A stretch of 42,879 nucleotides of DNA. Origin: a virus. The notes under the pieces are model-generated. The model had not been told where the DNA came from. It did not search any database and saw only the letters and a list, made by a program, of their open reading frames with translations. The DNA lies in IMG/VR virus record IMGVR_UViG_3300045988_132779, positions 1-42,879 of that record; one strand, written 5' to 3'. The position numbers were made by a program, and so were the translations under genes. Shown here one piece after another: positions 6,813 to 17,100 of this stretch; position 1 is the stretch's first letter, and every line of letters starts with the position of its first letter.

Positions 6813-6865
6813 TGATATCACCTCACGTTGTATTGTAACACGTTATACACACAACGCAACGCTTT

Positions 6866-8050
6866 TTACTTGATATATAAACTTTCACCAGGGTAGATCA
6901 GGCTGTAAATTGACTTGCCGTTGTTGGCCGCTAACGTGTACATACTGATGCCATACCTGCTGGCAATGCTCCAGAAGCTGTCACCAGAGAGGACCGTATA
7001 ATACGTGCGGCTTACCGGTGAGGTGTATCCAGACGAACGCGAGCCATAGCTCTCCCCACCATTCACCCCCAAGGCAACATAATGATACTGGCCGGAGTAG
7101 CTGAGATAACGTGCCCAAACATATGTGCCACGGATATACACGTGATCATAAATCACACTTTCACCGGGTGCATAGCTGCCAACTGCTGTGTATCCTGTAC
7201 CAGCACCAGTGCGGATGTTAACAGTCGTGGAAGGCTTGAACACACCCGCTTGCGCATAGTCGGTATCACTGGCTGCATTCGATTTCGCTGGTTGACTTGG
7301 TGCCGGTGTTACAGGCACCGACGGAGTTGCTGGCTGCTTCGAGTATCCATTATCGGTCACACCAAGCAGATCAATGTTACCATCGAGGCCTTGCGACAGC
7401 CCAAATGCGCTCGTGTACTGCCAAATAGCTACCCCATCCATACTCGGAAAATAACCGTAGTCTGGTTTGGTAGTTGGTAGATAATCACGGTAAGCAGCAA
7501 TCCAAAGGCTGTTAGGAAATTCTTTCAGAATACGCTGATAATCGACATGTGCCAACGTATATGGCTTGTAACTGTAATACATGGGCGTGTAGCCTTCTGA
7601 ACGAATGCGCCGCATGCCAGCTAAAATTGCATCCGTATTAGCTGCCATATTGCCAGAAGCACCATCTTCGTAGTCCAAAGCAACGATGCTTCCCTTTGGT
7701 GTCTGCGCTTTGATACGAGGCATATAACGGTCAAGTGCTTCTAATCCCAACTGGCTACTTCCACCAACGCCATACCAGATGTAGCTATGCACACGTTTTC
7801 CTGCCGCCTTGGCACTAGCAATTTGGCTATCATACGTCCACTGATCGATGTACGTACCACCGTAAGTTCCGCCAATCTGAGCTATGACGAACTTGTCTTG
7901 ATCTGTTCCATATCGTCCACTTGCTCCCTGATACTTCGCCCAATCAGGTCCCTGATCACCCTTTGCTGCATTGACATGCGATGGCAAGGCAAAAGAAATA
8001 GCCGCCAAGAAGGCGACTACCAAGGTGATGAGTTTAGTTTTAAATTTCAT
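6866..8050 (-). CDS. Endolysin: signal peptide + GH25 muramidase + SH3-like region + C-terminal LysM
   Basis: The N-terminus MKFKTKLITLVVAFLAAISFALPSHVNAAKG is Sec-signal-like. GH25-like core (DWAKYQG...DYEDG). C-terminal LysM YTVLSGDSFWSIASRYGISMYTLAANNG. AAGGAGG lies 5 nt before the ATG at 8050. Confidence 0.88.
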   Translation of the reverse strand: MKFKTKLITLVVAFLAAISFALPSHVNAAKGDQGPDWAKYQGASGRYGTDQDKFVIAQIGGTYGGTYIDQWTYDSQIASAKAAGKRVHSYIWYGVGGSSQLGLEALDRYMPRIKAQTPKGSIVALDYEDGASGNMAANTDAILAGMRRIRSEGYTPMYYSYKPYTLAHVDYQRILKEFPNSLWIAAYRDYLPTTKPDYGYFPSMDGVAIWQYTSAFGLSQGLDGNIDLLGVTDNGYSKQPATPSVPVTPAPSQPAKSNAASDTDYAQAGVFKPSTTVNIRTGAGTGYTAVGSYAPGESVIYDHVYIRGTYVWARYLSYSGQYHYVALGVNGGESYGSRSSGYTSPVSRTYYTVLSGDSFWSIASRYGISMYTLAANNGKSIYSLIYPGESLYIK

Positions 8051-8060
8051 GGTGCCCTCC

Positions 8061-8474
8061 TTATTGCTGTGGAGCAAAAGATGCCGGAGCTGACTCCGCC
8101 GGTGCTGCAGAAGACGTCTCTGGAACCACTTCACTAGCAGCAGTTACCTGGTCAGCCTCTTTATCCGCTTGCAGCGCCTTAATCTGGTCCTCTAGCGCCT
8201 TGATCTTAGCTGCCTTGGTGGTAATGAGTGCCGGGTAAGCTAACGCCTGCTGGCTATCACTGACGCCCTCTGTGGTTGGGTCAACGGCTACCCCAACGAT
8301 GGTCAACAGCGCAAATACTGCATTGACCACTGCAGTGAGTTCTTTACCCAAACTAGCAAAGTCCCAGTTGTAACCGAAGACTGCCGCCACCGTTTGAATC
8401 ACCAACAAAGAAGCTGGCACAATGGCCAGCCAGAATTTGACGCTTAATACTCGTACTTTCCAATTAATCTTCAT
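8061..8474 (-). CDS. Holin (phi LC3 / Phage_holin_1-like)
   Basis: MKINWKVRVLSVKFWLAIVPASLLVIQTVAAVFG plus VAVDPTTEGVSDSQQALAY match this holin family. Lies immediately upstream of the lysin. Confidence 0.8.
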   Translation of the reverse strand: MKINWKVRVLSVKFWLAIVPASLLVIQTVAAVFGYNWDFASLGKELTAVVNAVFALLTIVGVAVDPTTEGVSDSQQALAYPALITTKAAKIKALEDQIKALQADKEADQVTAASEVVPETSSAAPAESAPASFAPQQ

Positions 8475-8488
8475 ACTGAACATTCCTT

Positions 8489-8854
8489 TCAGTTTTTAAT
8501 CCGAAGTTGCAAAACTTTGTTATATAGCGCTTCGCCCGTTCCGTTACCGCCCAGTGCTTTGTAGCTGCGGAAAAGGTAATTAAGATCGTCCAAGTCGTCT
8601 GTGCTGATATACCCCACCTCGATATGATGGTTACACAGCATGTAAACCTCATGATGAAGCAAACCGACAAGGCCTGAATCAATTGCCTTTCCATGCTTTC
8701 GATGCATGCGCCATTGGCTTGCAAACCAACCAAACAAAGCTCCACCACCCAACTCCACAAACATATCTATCCAACTCTTGAAATCCACATCTTTATACTT
8801 CCTTCCATAAAAATAGCCGCTAGCTTTTGCTGGCGACTTGCTTAACAAGTTCAT
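8489..8854 (-). CDS. Lysis-module membrane protein (one TM, GGGALFGWFASQW), function unknown
   Basis: Lies between XkdX and the holin. Weak RBS, and the start is uncertain (alternative ATG at MFVELGGG). Confidence 0.5.
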   Translation of the reverse strand: MNLLSKSPAKASGYFYGRKYKDVDFKSWIDMFVELGGGALFGWFASQWRMHRKHGKAIDSGLVGLLHHEVYMLCNHHIEVGYISTDDLDDLNYLFRSYKALGGNGTGEALYNKVLQLRIKN

Positions 8855-8963
8855 CTACTTCTGCTTGGCTAATCCAGCCGACACTCACGAGCAAGGCTAA
8901 GTCATCCTTGTTGTAGATTCCTTGCTGATAGTAACTGATAATCAATGGTTTATATGCGTTCAC
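8820..8963 (-). CDS. xkdX: XkdX-family small phage protein (47 aa)
   Basis: MNAYKPLIISYYQQGIYNKDDLALLVSVGWISQAEVDELV fits the XkdX pattern (YY..g.y...d....V..g.It..e). GTG start with AAGGAGG 7 nt upstream. Below the track cutoff. Confidence 0.65.
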   Translation of the reverse strand: MNAYKPLIISYYQQGIYNKDDLALLVSVGWISQAEVDELVKQVASKS

Positions 8964-9289
8964 GATTTTTCCTCCTTGGTCAATGTTGCCACCTGCTTTA
9001 TCAAAGCTGCGTTTGACATAGTTATACTAGCAACCATCTTCATAGTTTCAGCATTTGCTAAGTCAGCTTCAGATGGCTCAGGTTTAGGTCTGTCAGCGTC
9101 TGGATCATAGCCAGCATCAGGAACGACTTGGCCGTCAATAATGCTGGAGTGGTTCTCATACAAGCCAACAGCATCGTCAACCTCAATAACCTCGAATCCT
9201 TCATCGGTTGGCCCTACTGGTCTGCTTTCATCAGCGTTTGCCCAATGAAGCAGACGGTTATTGCTATCCGTCCACACTTTGATTTTCAT
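8960..9289 (-). CDS. Hypothetical protein downstream of the tail fibre (XkdW-like position)
   Basis: 109-aa ORF with GGGAGA RBS. Synteny only. Confidence 0.55.
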   Translation of the reverse strand: MKIKVWTDSNNRLLHWANADESRPVGPTDEGFEVIEVDDAVGLYENHSSIIDGQVVPDAGYDPDADRPKPEPSEADLANAETMKMVASITMSNAALIKQVATLTKEEKS

Positions 9290-9304
9290 AATGTCATCTC
9301 CCAG

Positions 9305-12244
9305 TTACGCAAAATATGAATCACCCGTCGGATAATCGTCCTGAGTTAGATACGACACCGAGCCACCATAACTACCAGAAGCTTTGGAAATGTTGCTATA
9401 CCAGCCGACCGTTCCTCCGCTTGGCGTACTTGAATACATAGCGGTAGATTGTCCGGGATCTGAAAAGCTCAAGCAGCTTGCAACAATCTTGTTTGTCAAA
9501 TAAGGCTTGTAACCGGGTCTAATATCTGCGAGCCTCAAGAAATTGTACTGATTAGCTATTGTGTGAATTTGAAAGTTGGCGGTCACCAAATTGCCACGTC
9601 TTGTGTAGTAAATATATGCCCAATCAATATCAATATTTCTTGCTGGGGTTGTATCAACATGGAAAAATGTCACGTTGTCTTTTGAAGTGAATTCAGACTG
9701 AATATATTTTTTTGTAGCGGCACTGGGGTCACCGATCAGCGTTTGTAACTGAAGTGCACCACGTTGGAGTGCAACTGACGACACGCTCCCCTTTTGATCA
9801 GGCGTTGTGATGTAGTTGAACATTCCATTTGGGCTCAAAAGTGATTTGTAGTATTGACCATTGGGATTGCCATTATTGTCTTCAATGTTGCCTAGTATAC
9901 TTAGGTTCGCATCTTTTAGTTCAAGATTGCCAGAACTCTTGGCACCGTCAATCTGAACATGGCTGAAAGGCGAATTAATGTCAGGAGAATTAAAGGTTGA
10001 GCTGTCAACCTCAATCGATTGCAGTTTTTTGATGCTAAGCACTGCTTGCTGAATACTTTGATCAATCCAAGTTGACCCATCGTAGTATTGCAATGCTGTG
10101 GCATCGTTAAGTGTTGTCCCATGCCACCACAAATCGCCTTTCTTGGGACTAGCGGGCGTGCCAAGCTGAATGTAAGTGTATGGCACATCCTTGCTTCCGG
10201 GAACACCTTGCGGTCCTTGTGGCCCCTGAGGCCCTTGCGGTCCTTGTGGTCCAGTATCACCTTTTGGTCCTTGTACCAGTTGCCAAGAATAAAGTGCTGG
10301 ATTATTACTGTCTGCTTGCGTGAAGTCTGTATAACTACCGATGTACTTGCGAGAACCGGGAGTATCGAGCGAAAAGTTCGTTGTACCATCACCGCTATCG
10401 GCATAGGCAATATGAAAGTATGATGTTTTACCATCAGCACCGGCTTTACCGGGCACCCCATCTTTACCATCAGCACCGTCCGCACCTTTAATCAGTGACC
10501 AGCTATAGTTGCTTGGATTCGTGCTGTCACCAGATGTGAAGTCACTGTAAAAGCCAATATACTTGCGATTAGAATCAGTGGTTGAAAAGTTGGCATGGCC
10601 GTCTTGGCTGTTTGCATAAGCAAAGTGAGCATAAGAAGTACGACCATCAGCACCCGATTTCCCTGGCAAGCCTTGAGGACCTTTGGGTCCCACATCACCG
10701 TCTTCACCTTTAAAAAGCGCCCATTTGTAATCAGATGGATGGGTGCTATCTGCCTTTGTGAAGTCGCTATACGTGCCAATGTACTTTTTGCCATCGCCAC
10801 CGGATACCGTGAACCCGCTTTGGCCACTTACATCATCCGCCCAAGCAGTGTGGAAATAGCTTGTACGGCCATCAGCACCCTTTGCACCGGGAACACCATC
10901 AGCACCGTCTTTGCCCTGAATAAGTGCCCAATGGCCAGCATAATCTGCCGGATTGTCACTTGCAACGGATGACTTGTTACTATAAACAACTGCCATGTAC
11001 TTCTTTCCGGCTGGTAGTGCTGACATGTTAGTGCCTTTATCGTCATCGGCATATCGAATCCATGGATAAAATTGAATGGCCTTGGGAATATTTTCAATCT
11101 TAACTGCCATATCCTTAAGCGCTGAATACAAATTAGGCTGCTCATTTGCGTAATCCCCCAAAGTGAGCTTGGTATAATGACCAGCGCGGCTGCGTTCAAC
11201 TGACAACACCTTTGCAGAAAGAAATAGATTCTGGTTCTCGTCAACAATGTGTACCGTTTGATTCAATGGCACATAGGGCGCATTTGCCAAATCAACTTCA
11301 TAGTTGACATTTGGATGGTTATACTTCTTCAAGTCTGCCAAAGCTGCTTGCAATAACGTTGCTTGAGTAGTCGACTCAAACGTTTTAACCCGATTCCAGT
11401 CAGACTGTGTTGGGTTAGGGTTGCTGTTGCTTAACAAGCGTGAATACTTCTGTACGGCAATGGTATCGTGCAAGAATCCGTACTGGTCAAGTACAAATTG
11501 TCCGGTTGGATCAGTCCACTTGTACCCAATTAAGTTGATTGGATCGTTTGAACCGTCAGGTGTAGCACCATAGGCCTTCACCGATGTTTCCATGTCGTAG
11601 ATGTCAACTGTCTTTACGATATTGTTGATGTCTTTGTTCATCTCAAAGGAAATCAAGCTGTCGGAAGTTTTCTCGTGTCTGATGTTGATAACACGTTTTA
11701 CAGCAGTCGTACCTACAAAAACAAAGCCAAAGCTAAGCACTGCATCAAAATCTTTTGCGACTGATTTAATACGGCTAAGTGAAGTGTCTTCATCTGTCCA
11801 TGTAAGTGTTCTGACGTCTGTAGGAAATTCATTAATACCGATCTCCCAGCCAGAATCATTTGTAAACATGAGGATGTAATCAGCGATAGTATGGGCTTTG
11901 TCAGCTTTATAGGCACCCACCACTTCATTCATCAGGTCATTGCCTGCATCCGTGCAAATGACTTTATGAACATGTGCTAATGTATCGTGAGTAACACTGG
12001 CAATGACCATTTGATGTCCATTGCCTTCTTCATCCTGATATAAGACAAAATTGTTTTCAGCCGCCATTTCATCAATGGCCTGCTCTTGATCAGTTTTAAA
12101 TGGAATCGTCAGGGTCAAGGCAATGGCAGGCCTATCATCAGTTGTTTTTACTTCACTATCAGCGCTAACAAGCCATTCACCTTTTCCAGTTGTGCGTGCA
12201 ACACCCATGATGTTGAATTTTCGATCTGAAAAATAGTATTCCAT
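9305..12244 (-). CDS. Tail-associated protein / tail fibre (Tal-like N-terminus, collagen-like repeats, C-terminal receptor-binding region)
   Basis: 979 aa, follows Dit. Gly-X-Y runs including (GPQ)5. Four tandem ~70-aa modules. Confidence 0.85.
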   Translation of the reverse strand: MEYYFSDRKFNIMGVARTTGKGEWLVSADSEVKTTDDRPAIALTLTIPFKTDQEQAIDEMAAENNFVLYQDEEGNGHQMVIASVTHDTLAHVHKVICTDAGNDLMNEVVGAYKADKAHTIADYILMFTNDSGWEIGINEFPTDVRTLTWTDEDTSLSRIKSVAKDFDAVLSFGFVFVGTTAVKRVINIRHEKTSDSLISFEMNKDINNIVKTVDIYDMETSVKAYGATPDGSNDPINLIGYKWTDPTGQFVLDQYGFLHDTIAVQKYSRLLSNSNPNPTQSDWNRVKTFESTTQATLLQAALADLKKYNHPNVNYEVDLANAPYVPLNQTVHIVDENQNLFLSAKVLSVERSRAGHYTKLTLGDYANEQPNLYSALKDMAVKIENIPKAIQFYPWIRYADDDKGTNMSALPAGKKYMAVVYSNKSSVASDNPADYAGHWALIQGKDGADGVPGAKGADGRTSYFHTAWADDVSGQSGFTVSGGDGKKYIGTYSDFTKADSTHPSDYKWALFKGEDGDVGPKGPQGLPGKSGADGRTSYAHFAYANSQDGHANFSTTDSNRKYIGFYSDFTSGDSTNPSNYSWSLIKGADGADGKDGVPGKAGADGKTSYFHIAYADSGDGTTNFSLDTPGSRKYIGSYTDFTQADSNNPALYSWQLVQGPKGDTGPQGPQGPQGPQGPQGVPGSKDVPYTYIQLGTPASPKKGDLWWHGTTLNDATALQYYDGSTWIDQSIQQAVLSIKKLQSIEVDSSTFNSPDINSPFSHVQIDGAKSSGNLELKDANLSILGNIEDNNGNPNGQYYKSLLSPNGMFNYITTPDQKGSVSSVALQRGALQLQTLIGDPSAATKKYIQSEFTSKDNVTFFHVDTTPARNIDIDWAYIYYTRRGNLVTANFQIHTIANQYNFLRLADIRPGYKPYLTNKIVASCLSFSDPGQSTAMYSSTPSGGTVGWYSNISKASGSYGGSVSYLTQDDYPTGDSYFA
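10196..11077 (-). repeat. In-frame tandem module repeats with collagen-like G-X-Y tracts inside the tail fibre gene
   Basis: aa 390-683: units ending ..KYIG.YSDFT..DS..PS.Y.W.L. recur, each preceded by GxDGxxGxxG...TSYxHxAYA. GPQGPQGPQGPQGPQG lies at ~10207..10255. Confidence 0.85.
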
Positions 12245-14176
12245 TTATAGCCACGCCTCCTTCAAATCAACTTCACACGCAAATGGTTGTGCCCAGCTTG
12301 ACGGCATAAGCTGAATGATGGTATCTCCGGGCGGTAAAAGAAACTTGTCCCACTGGTTGCCTAATGTATGCAAGGTGCGATCTTCATTGCCATTGAAATA
12401 AGTCTTGGTATTAGCCACATCAATTGCAATCACATCGCCATTACTGAAGCGATTCTTAATATCTGTATACCAGCTTACATTCTGCCATTTAACGGTAGAC
12501 GCAATTAGATACATAGTCGATTCGCCCCACGTCTTGTCTCGCATAAACCATGCTGAAAATTGCTTAGTCTCGACACTAGCAGCGTCCGCAAAAGTGAATT
12601 GACGGGTAATAGTCGTCTCTCGTCCTCGATTGCCAACCCATGGTGACACTCGGAAAACAACCGAATTACCAAATTTCTGCAATTCCAACTGAATGAACTT
12701 GTCATTAGTGAAAATGCTACGATCCAACTGTTCATTGACGACTAGTTGATTTTTGTAGTAACACATCCACCATATTTGGTCAGACAGTGCACTATTGTCT
12801 TTCAGTATCATCTGAAAGATTGGCTTACCGTCACTTTCTAACGTTGTTTCGAGCGCACCTACCTGTGCTACCCCAGTTTGGAAGCGTGTCATAACGTCCC
12901 ATGTGAGATTGCTCTTGAAGTTACCGTTATGCGTCTGGACGAGATTGTGCTTGACTGAAGGACCGTTCCAAAACAGATGAGTGCCAGTAATACTAGGCCA
13001 ATTAGGCTCAACCTTCCAGCCATCGTAGCTGTCCTCTGTCCAAATCGCATTGCCGATCTGTTCGTTCGGCGTAGCTGGGTTGTCCCCCCAGTAAAGATTA
13101 TTCGAAGCTGCTTGATTATCCATGTGTGAGCCTTGAACGGCTGCCAAATTCAAGGCCACTTCACTTTCTTCGCTTGTATAGCCATCAACTTCTTCAGGGT
13201 TGCCAAATTGAAGCACGCCACCCTGACTATTGGCAAATCCTAGAAATCCGTTATCAGCGTGCATAGTTGCCGTAATAACTGGCTCGACAGGATAAGTTCC
13301 GCCATTGTGCACCGTAATGGTGTCGGAATAGTATTCAGGATCAGCTGGGTTAGGCGACCAAGGAGAAGCAGAAGTGCCTAGTTCGAGTTTCTCATGCGTC
13401 CAAGACACAGACGTGTCTGTGGGGAAAGTTTGGCTAAAGTATCTTGGGGTTAGATCAACATAAGCAGCATTACTAGGAGCCGTAAATACGGTTGAGAACC
13501 GTCCCCCTTCAGAGACCCAAGGTATATCCGGACCAGCTTGGCTAGATATCAAGTTATTGGAAGCATCATACCAACCAACTGACGAATGACCAGTGTGTCC
13601 CATATCGCCAAAAGTAATGGTGTAAACATATGTCTGGCCACCATCGACTGGTGCTTTCTTCAGAGTGATACCATCAATTCCGTGAGCATTCGCCTTAATA
13701 ACGCCAGTGTTGTTCGATGATGTCCCTTTAAGCAGGTTCACTGGCACGTCCTTGTATGGCATGTTGTCAAACGTCTTCGTGGCTACCGAGTGCGCAATGC
13801 CACCATCGGGACAGATGAAGCTGATTGAGATTGTCCCTGATCGAAAACCTTCGGTGAAGGTAGGCTGACTGTCTACGATGGCAAGATAATATTTATCCGG
13901 CTCATCCCCAAAGATTAGTTGCTGTGGTTCGTCAGCATCAATAGCGGCGGCCAAGGAACGTCTTAGTGGCACCAAATCGTCATTCATAACAATCCCAGTT
14001 ACCACAATCGTCTTGACGTCCCGTGACATGTATTGCAGCATCTGACCATCGCTGATGCCGACCTTTTGCATTGTGTTGACGTGATTAGTTCCTACATCAC
14101 GTTTGACCATCTGTACATACATCCAATGGGTAATATCTATTCCAGCATATGTGATGCTCATGCCTGCTTGTTTCAA
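12245..14176 (-). CDS. Distal tail protein (Dit), enlarged 'evolved' form with an inserted domain
   Basis: 643 aa, lies between the TMP and Tal. N-terminal ITYAGIDI...VTGIV is Sipho_tail-like. TTG start directly after the TMP stop. Confidence 0.75.
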   Translation of the reverse strand: MKQAGMSITYAGIDITHWMYVQMVKRDVGTNHVNTMQKVGISDGQMLQYMSRDVKTIVVTGIVMNDDLVPLRRSLAAAIDADEPQQLIFGDEPDKYYLAIVDSQPTFTEGFRSGTISISFICPDGGIAHSVATKTFDNMPYKDVPVNLLKGTSSNNTGVIKANAHGIDGITLKKAPVDGGQTYVYTITFGDMGHTGHSSVGWYDASNNLISSQAGPDIPWVSEGGRFSTVFTAPSNAAYVDLTPRYFSQTFPTDTSVSWTHEKLELGTSASPWSPNPADPEYYSDTITVHNGGTYPVEPVITATMHADNGFLGFANSQGGVLQFGNPEEVDGYTSEESEVALNLAAVQGSHMDNQAASNNLYWGDNPATPNEQIGNAIWTEDSYDGWKVEPNWPSITGTHLFWNGPSVKHNLVQTHNGNFKSNLTWDVMTRFQTGVAQVGALETTLESDGKPIFQMILKDNSALSDQIWWMCYYKNQLVVNEQLDRSIFTNDKFIQLELQKFGNSVVFRVSPWVGNRGRETTITRQFTFADAASVETKQFSAWFMRDKTWGESTMYLIASTVKWQNVSWYTDIKNRFSNGDVIAIDVANTKTYFNGNEDRTLHTLGNQWDKFLLPPGDTIIQLMPSSWAQPFACEVDLKEAWL

Positions 14177-17100
14177 TTAAACGGTTCCTCCTTTCCAATA
14201 AGCATTGAACCTGTCTTTTCTGTCGTTGTACTGCTTAACTTTTGGCGCAACTTTTGGATAAAACTGGTCGTCACCAACTTGCAGAACAAAGCTAAGTTTC
14301 GTGAGAAGATCAGCAATATTGTCCAGCTTCTTTCCTAAATCATCTGTACCGCTGCTTTCGCTTTCAGCAACCGCACCATTACCCAAGTTGTGATTGATGT
14401 TGGTAACAGCCTGTCCCAATAGTTGCCAAGCACGGCTCGTTTTAGTTAACGGCAGAATTGTTTCTGGACCATCTTCGCCAACAAGCGCATGGATTGGCTG
14501 TGTGATCAAGCCACCATTGGCATAGCCTTCAGGGCCACTGACACGAGCAAAAGCAGAACTTCCAGAGCCGTAGATGGCCTTCATGTAGTGAATGCCAGCA
14601 AGCAGGTCATCATAACCGTTATAGACATCGTTGTGTCCAGGAAACTTAAACGCATTGAACGTTGGCCCAATGGTCTGGACTAACCCCATTGACGGAATGC
14701 CAGCTTTAGCGTTGCTATCCCACAAGTTAATTGCCCTAGGATTACCATTTGATTCACGCTGGATAACGCGCATCCATGCAGCAACTTGATAATCACTAGC
14801 ATCAAATCCATTAGCCTTTAAAGCTTGAATAACATATGGCTTCCAACGTTGCACGCCTGACCCACCGGGATTAGCACCTAGTGTGTCTTGCAACTTTGCC
14901 AGTTCTTTTTTAAACCAATCAACAACACTGCCTGTCAATTTGTTAATAACACCACTGGCTAAGTTGCTAAACATTTCAACACCGCCGGAAATGCCGCTAA
15001 TACTTGACTTGATTAAATCGGTTACTTTTCCAATAGGGTTAGCAAGCCAATCACCAACGGCTTCCAACTTGTCCCAAGCACCAGAAAAGAATTTGCCAAC
15101 ACCGCCAATGACACCACCTAAGTCATAGTGTTCAACGCCAGCCATATTCATGATGGCTTTGGTTTCTTTCCCATTAAAGACACGGGTGCCTTCTGGTAAT
15201 AGTCCTGTGGCATTACGCTGTTGACTCATACCGATTTGTCCATTTGGTAGCTGGTAAAGTTCTTTCCAATCAGGTCCAGTACCATCGTTGACCATGACAA
15301 GGTGCATCTTTTGGGTGACAGTACCACCAGTGGCAAAGTGAACAGGTGATAGTTTTCTCAGGGCGTCTTTGCCAGTGAACTTCTCCCAAACCCAGTTGAT
15401 ACCGCTAATAGCACCATTGATAACGTTGATAACTGCATTCATGCCATTTGCTGCAGCATCTTTAATGCCATCCCATATGTTGCCGAAGAAAGACTTGAGG
15501 CCTGACCACAGGGAACGCCATCCGGAATCTATTTTGCTGTTGCCATCACTTATCCAACCGTGGACTGTTGACATCCCATTTTGAGCGTTTTTCCCAACAT
15601 TTCCCCAGAACCCGTTCCAATTTTTAGAAGTGTCTGACCAGAAGCTATCCCAACCTTTGTGGATACTGGTATTGGCATTATCAATCCCTGACTTTGTGCT
15701 ATTCATACCGTTCTGAGCATTTTTAACAGTATCTGACCAAAAGTTGTTCCAACCTTTGCTTGCATTACTCCAAAAGCTGTCCCAATCTTTCTTTATCTGC
15801 TTATTAGCGGCATCTTGTTGCTTTTGCTGTTGCTGTTGTGCATTTGAATTTTTCTTATTTACATCATTCCAAAATCCAGTCCAGCCCTTACCAACATCGT
15901 TCCAAAATCCATTCCAGTCTTTTTGCGCCTGCTTATTGGCCGCTTCTTGCTGCTTTTGCTGTTTCTTTTGTGCCGCATCTGTTGACTTGTTGATGCCATC
16001 CCACCATTTGACTACATTGTTAGTCATTTGACGAGCATCCCAGCCAAGGCCACCTAGCCAACTATCAGCTGGCTTTTTTTTAGCATTCCAGCCATCTGTA
16101 AACTTTTTAGCGGCATCGCCGGCCCATTTACCGGCCACTTTGCCAATTGTGGCACCAATTGCGGCGCCCGCGGGTCCACCAAGCATGAAACCGATACCGC
16201 CGCCAATTAAGCTGCCAGATGTCTCACCAACAGCAGAAAACTTTTGTCCCACAGTGCCATGCTTACCAAACGCTTTTGTTAAATCCTTTAAGTCACTGAT
16301 CGCGTCATAAGCAATCACCACGGGAACTGCAATTTTAGCTAGCTTGCTGCCAATGTTCAGTTTACTGAAGTTGGATAGGATTGATTGAGCTAGTTTAGTA
16401 TCACCCAGCGCTTTCAGACCGCTGTACACATGACCCAATCCTGCTGCAAATTCCAGTGCTTTTTTTGTCATCCACAAACCTGCAATTACTTTGACGGTAG
16501 TTTGAATACCAGATTTGTTTTTGACAATATCATCTAGCACATCATGGATAGCTTTTAGCGGGTCTTTCATCGTCTTTGCATTGGAACCACCAACGTTTAG
16601 CCAACCAGCAATATCTTTGATTGCAGTTTTGAACAGGGACCAGACTTCTTCGCCAGCAATTTTGGCAATGTCCCACATATCTTCGGCAATACCAGTAACA
16701 TCTTTTTTATGTGCGGAAACGTAGTCCAGAACGTTCTTGGCCCAATTGGCAATAGTTGCCAGCCCTTTGCCTAGTGTAGTAGCGGCTTTTTGAACAACAG
16801 ATGATGTCAAAATCCCAGCAAGTGATTGCATGCCACTATTCTTAACATTAAGCAATGGTGCTGCCATTTTAGCCTTGATTGATATCCAACTTCCGGACAG
16901 CTGTGCAAGGGCACCTTCGCTAGTTTTTCCAAATTGGTCAAATGTACTCTTGCTTGTTGTTCCAACTTTGTCTACCAAGTTCATGAATTCGTCAGAATTG
17001 ATTTTTCCGTCAGCAACCATTTTGGCAAATGAAGCTTGACTGACTCCGGCAGCCTTGGCTAATTGTGCGCCTAAGGTAGGAGCCTGCTTTTCAAGCTTGG

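Noticed and set aside
10207-10255. Short tandem 9-nt DNA repeat (possible VNTR/CRISPR-like)
   Set aside because: It is in frame and encodes (GPQ)5 of the collagen-like tract. There is no spacer/repeat architecture.
9916-10485. 189-aa alternative-frame ORF inside the tail fibre gene
   Set aside because: It is an off-frame reading of the collagen-like repeat DNA on the same strand, with no RBS. The Gly-X-Y frame is clearly the real one.
15744-16031. 95-aa + strand ORF with CCCC runs, plus other + strand ORFs across 14.0-18.3 kb
   Set aside because: These are antisense shadows of the tape measure gene. The repeats mirror the TMP Q/W repeat block.
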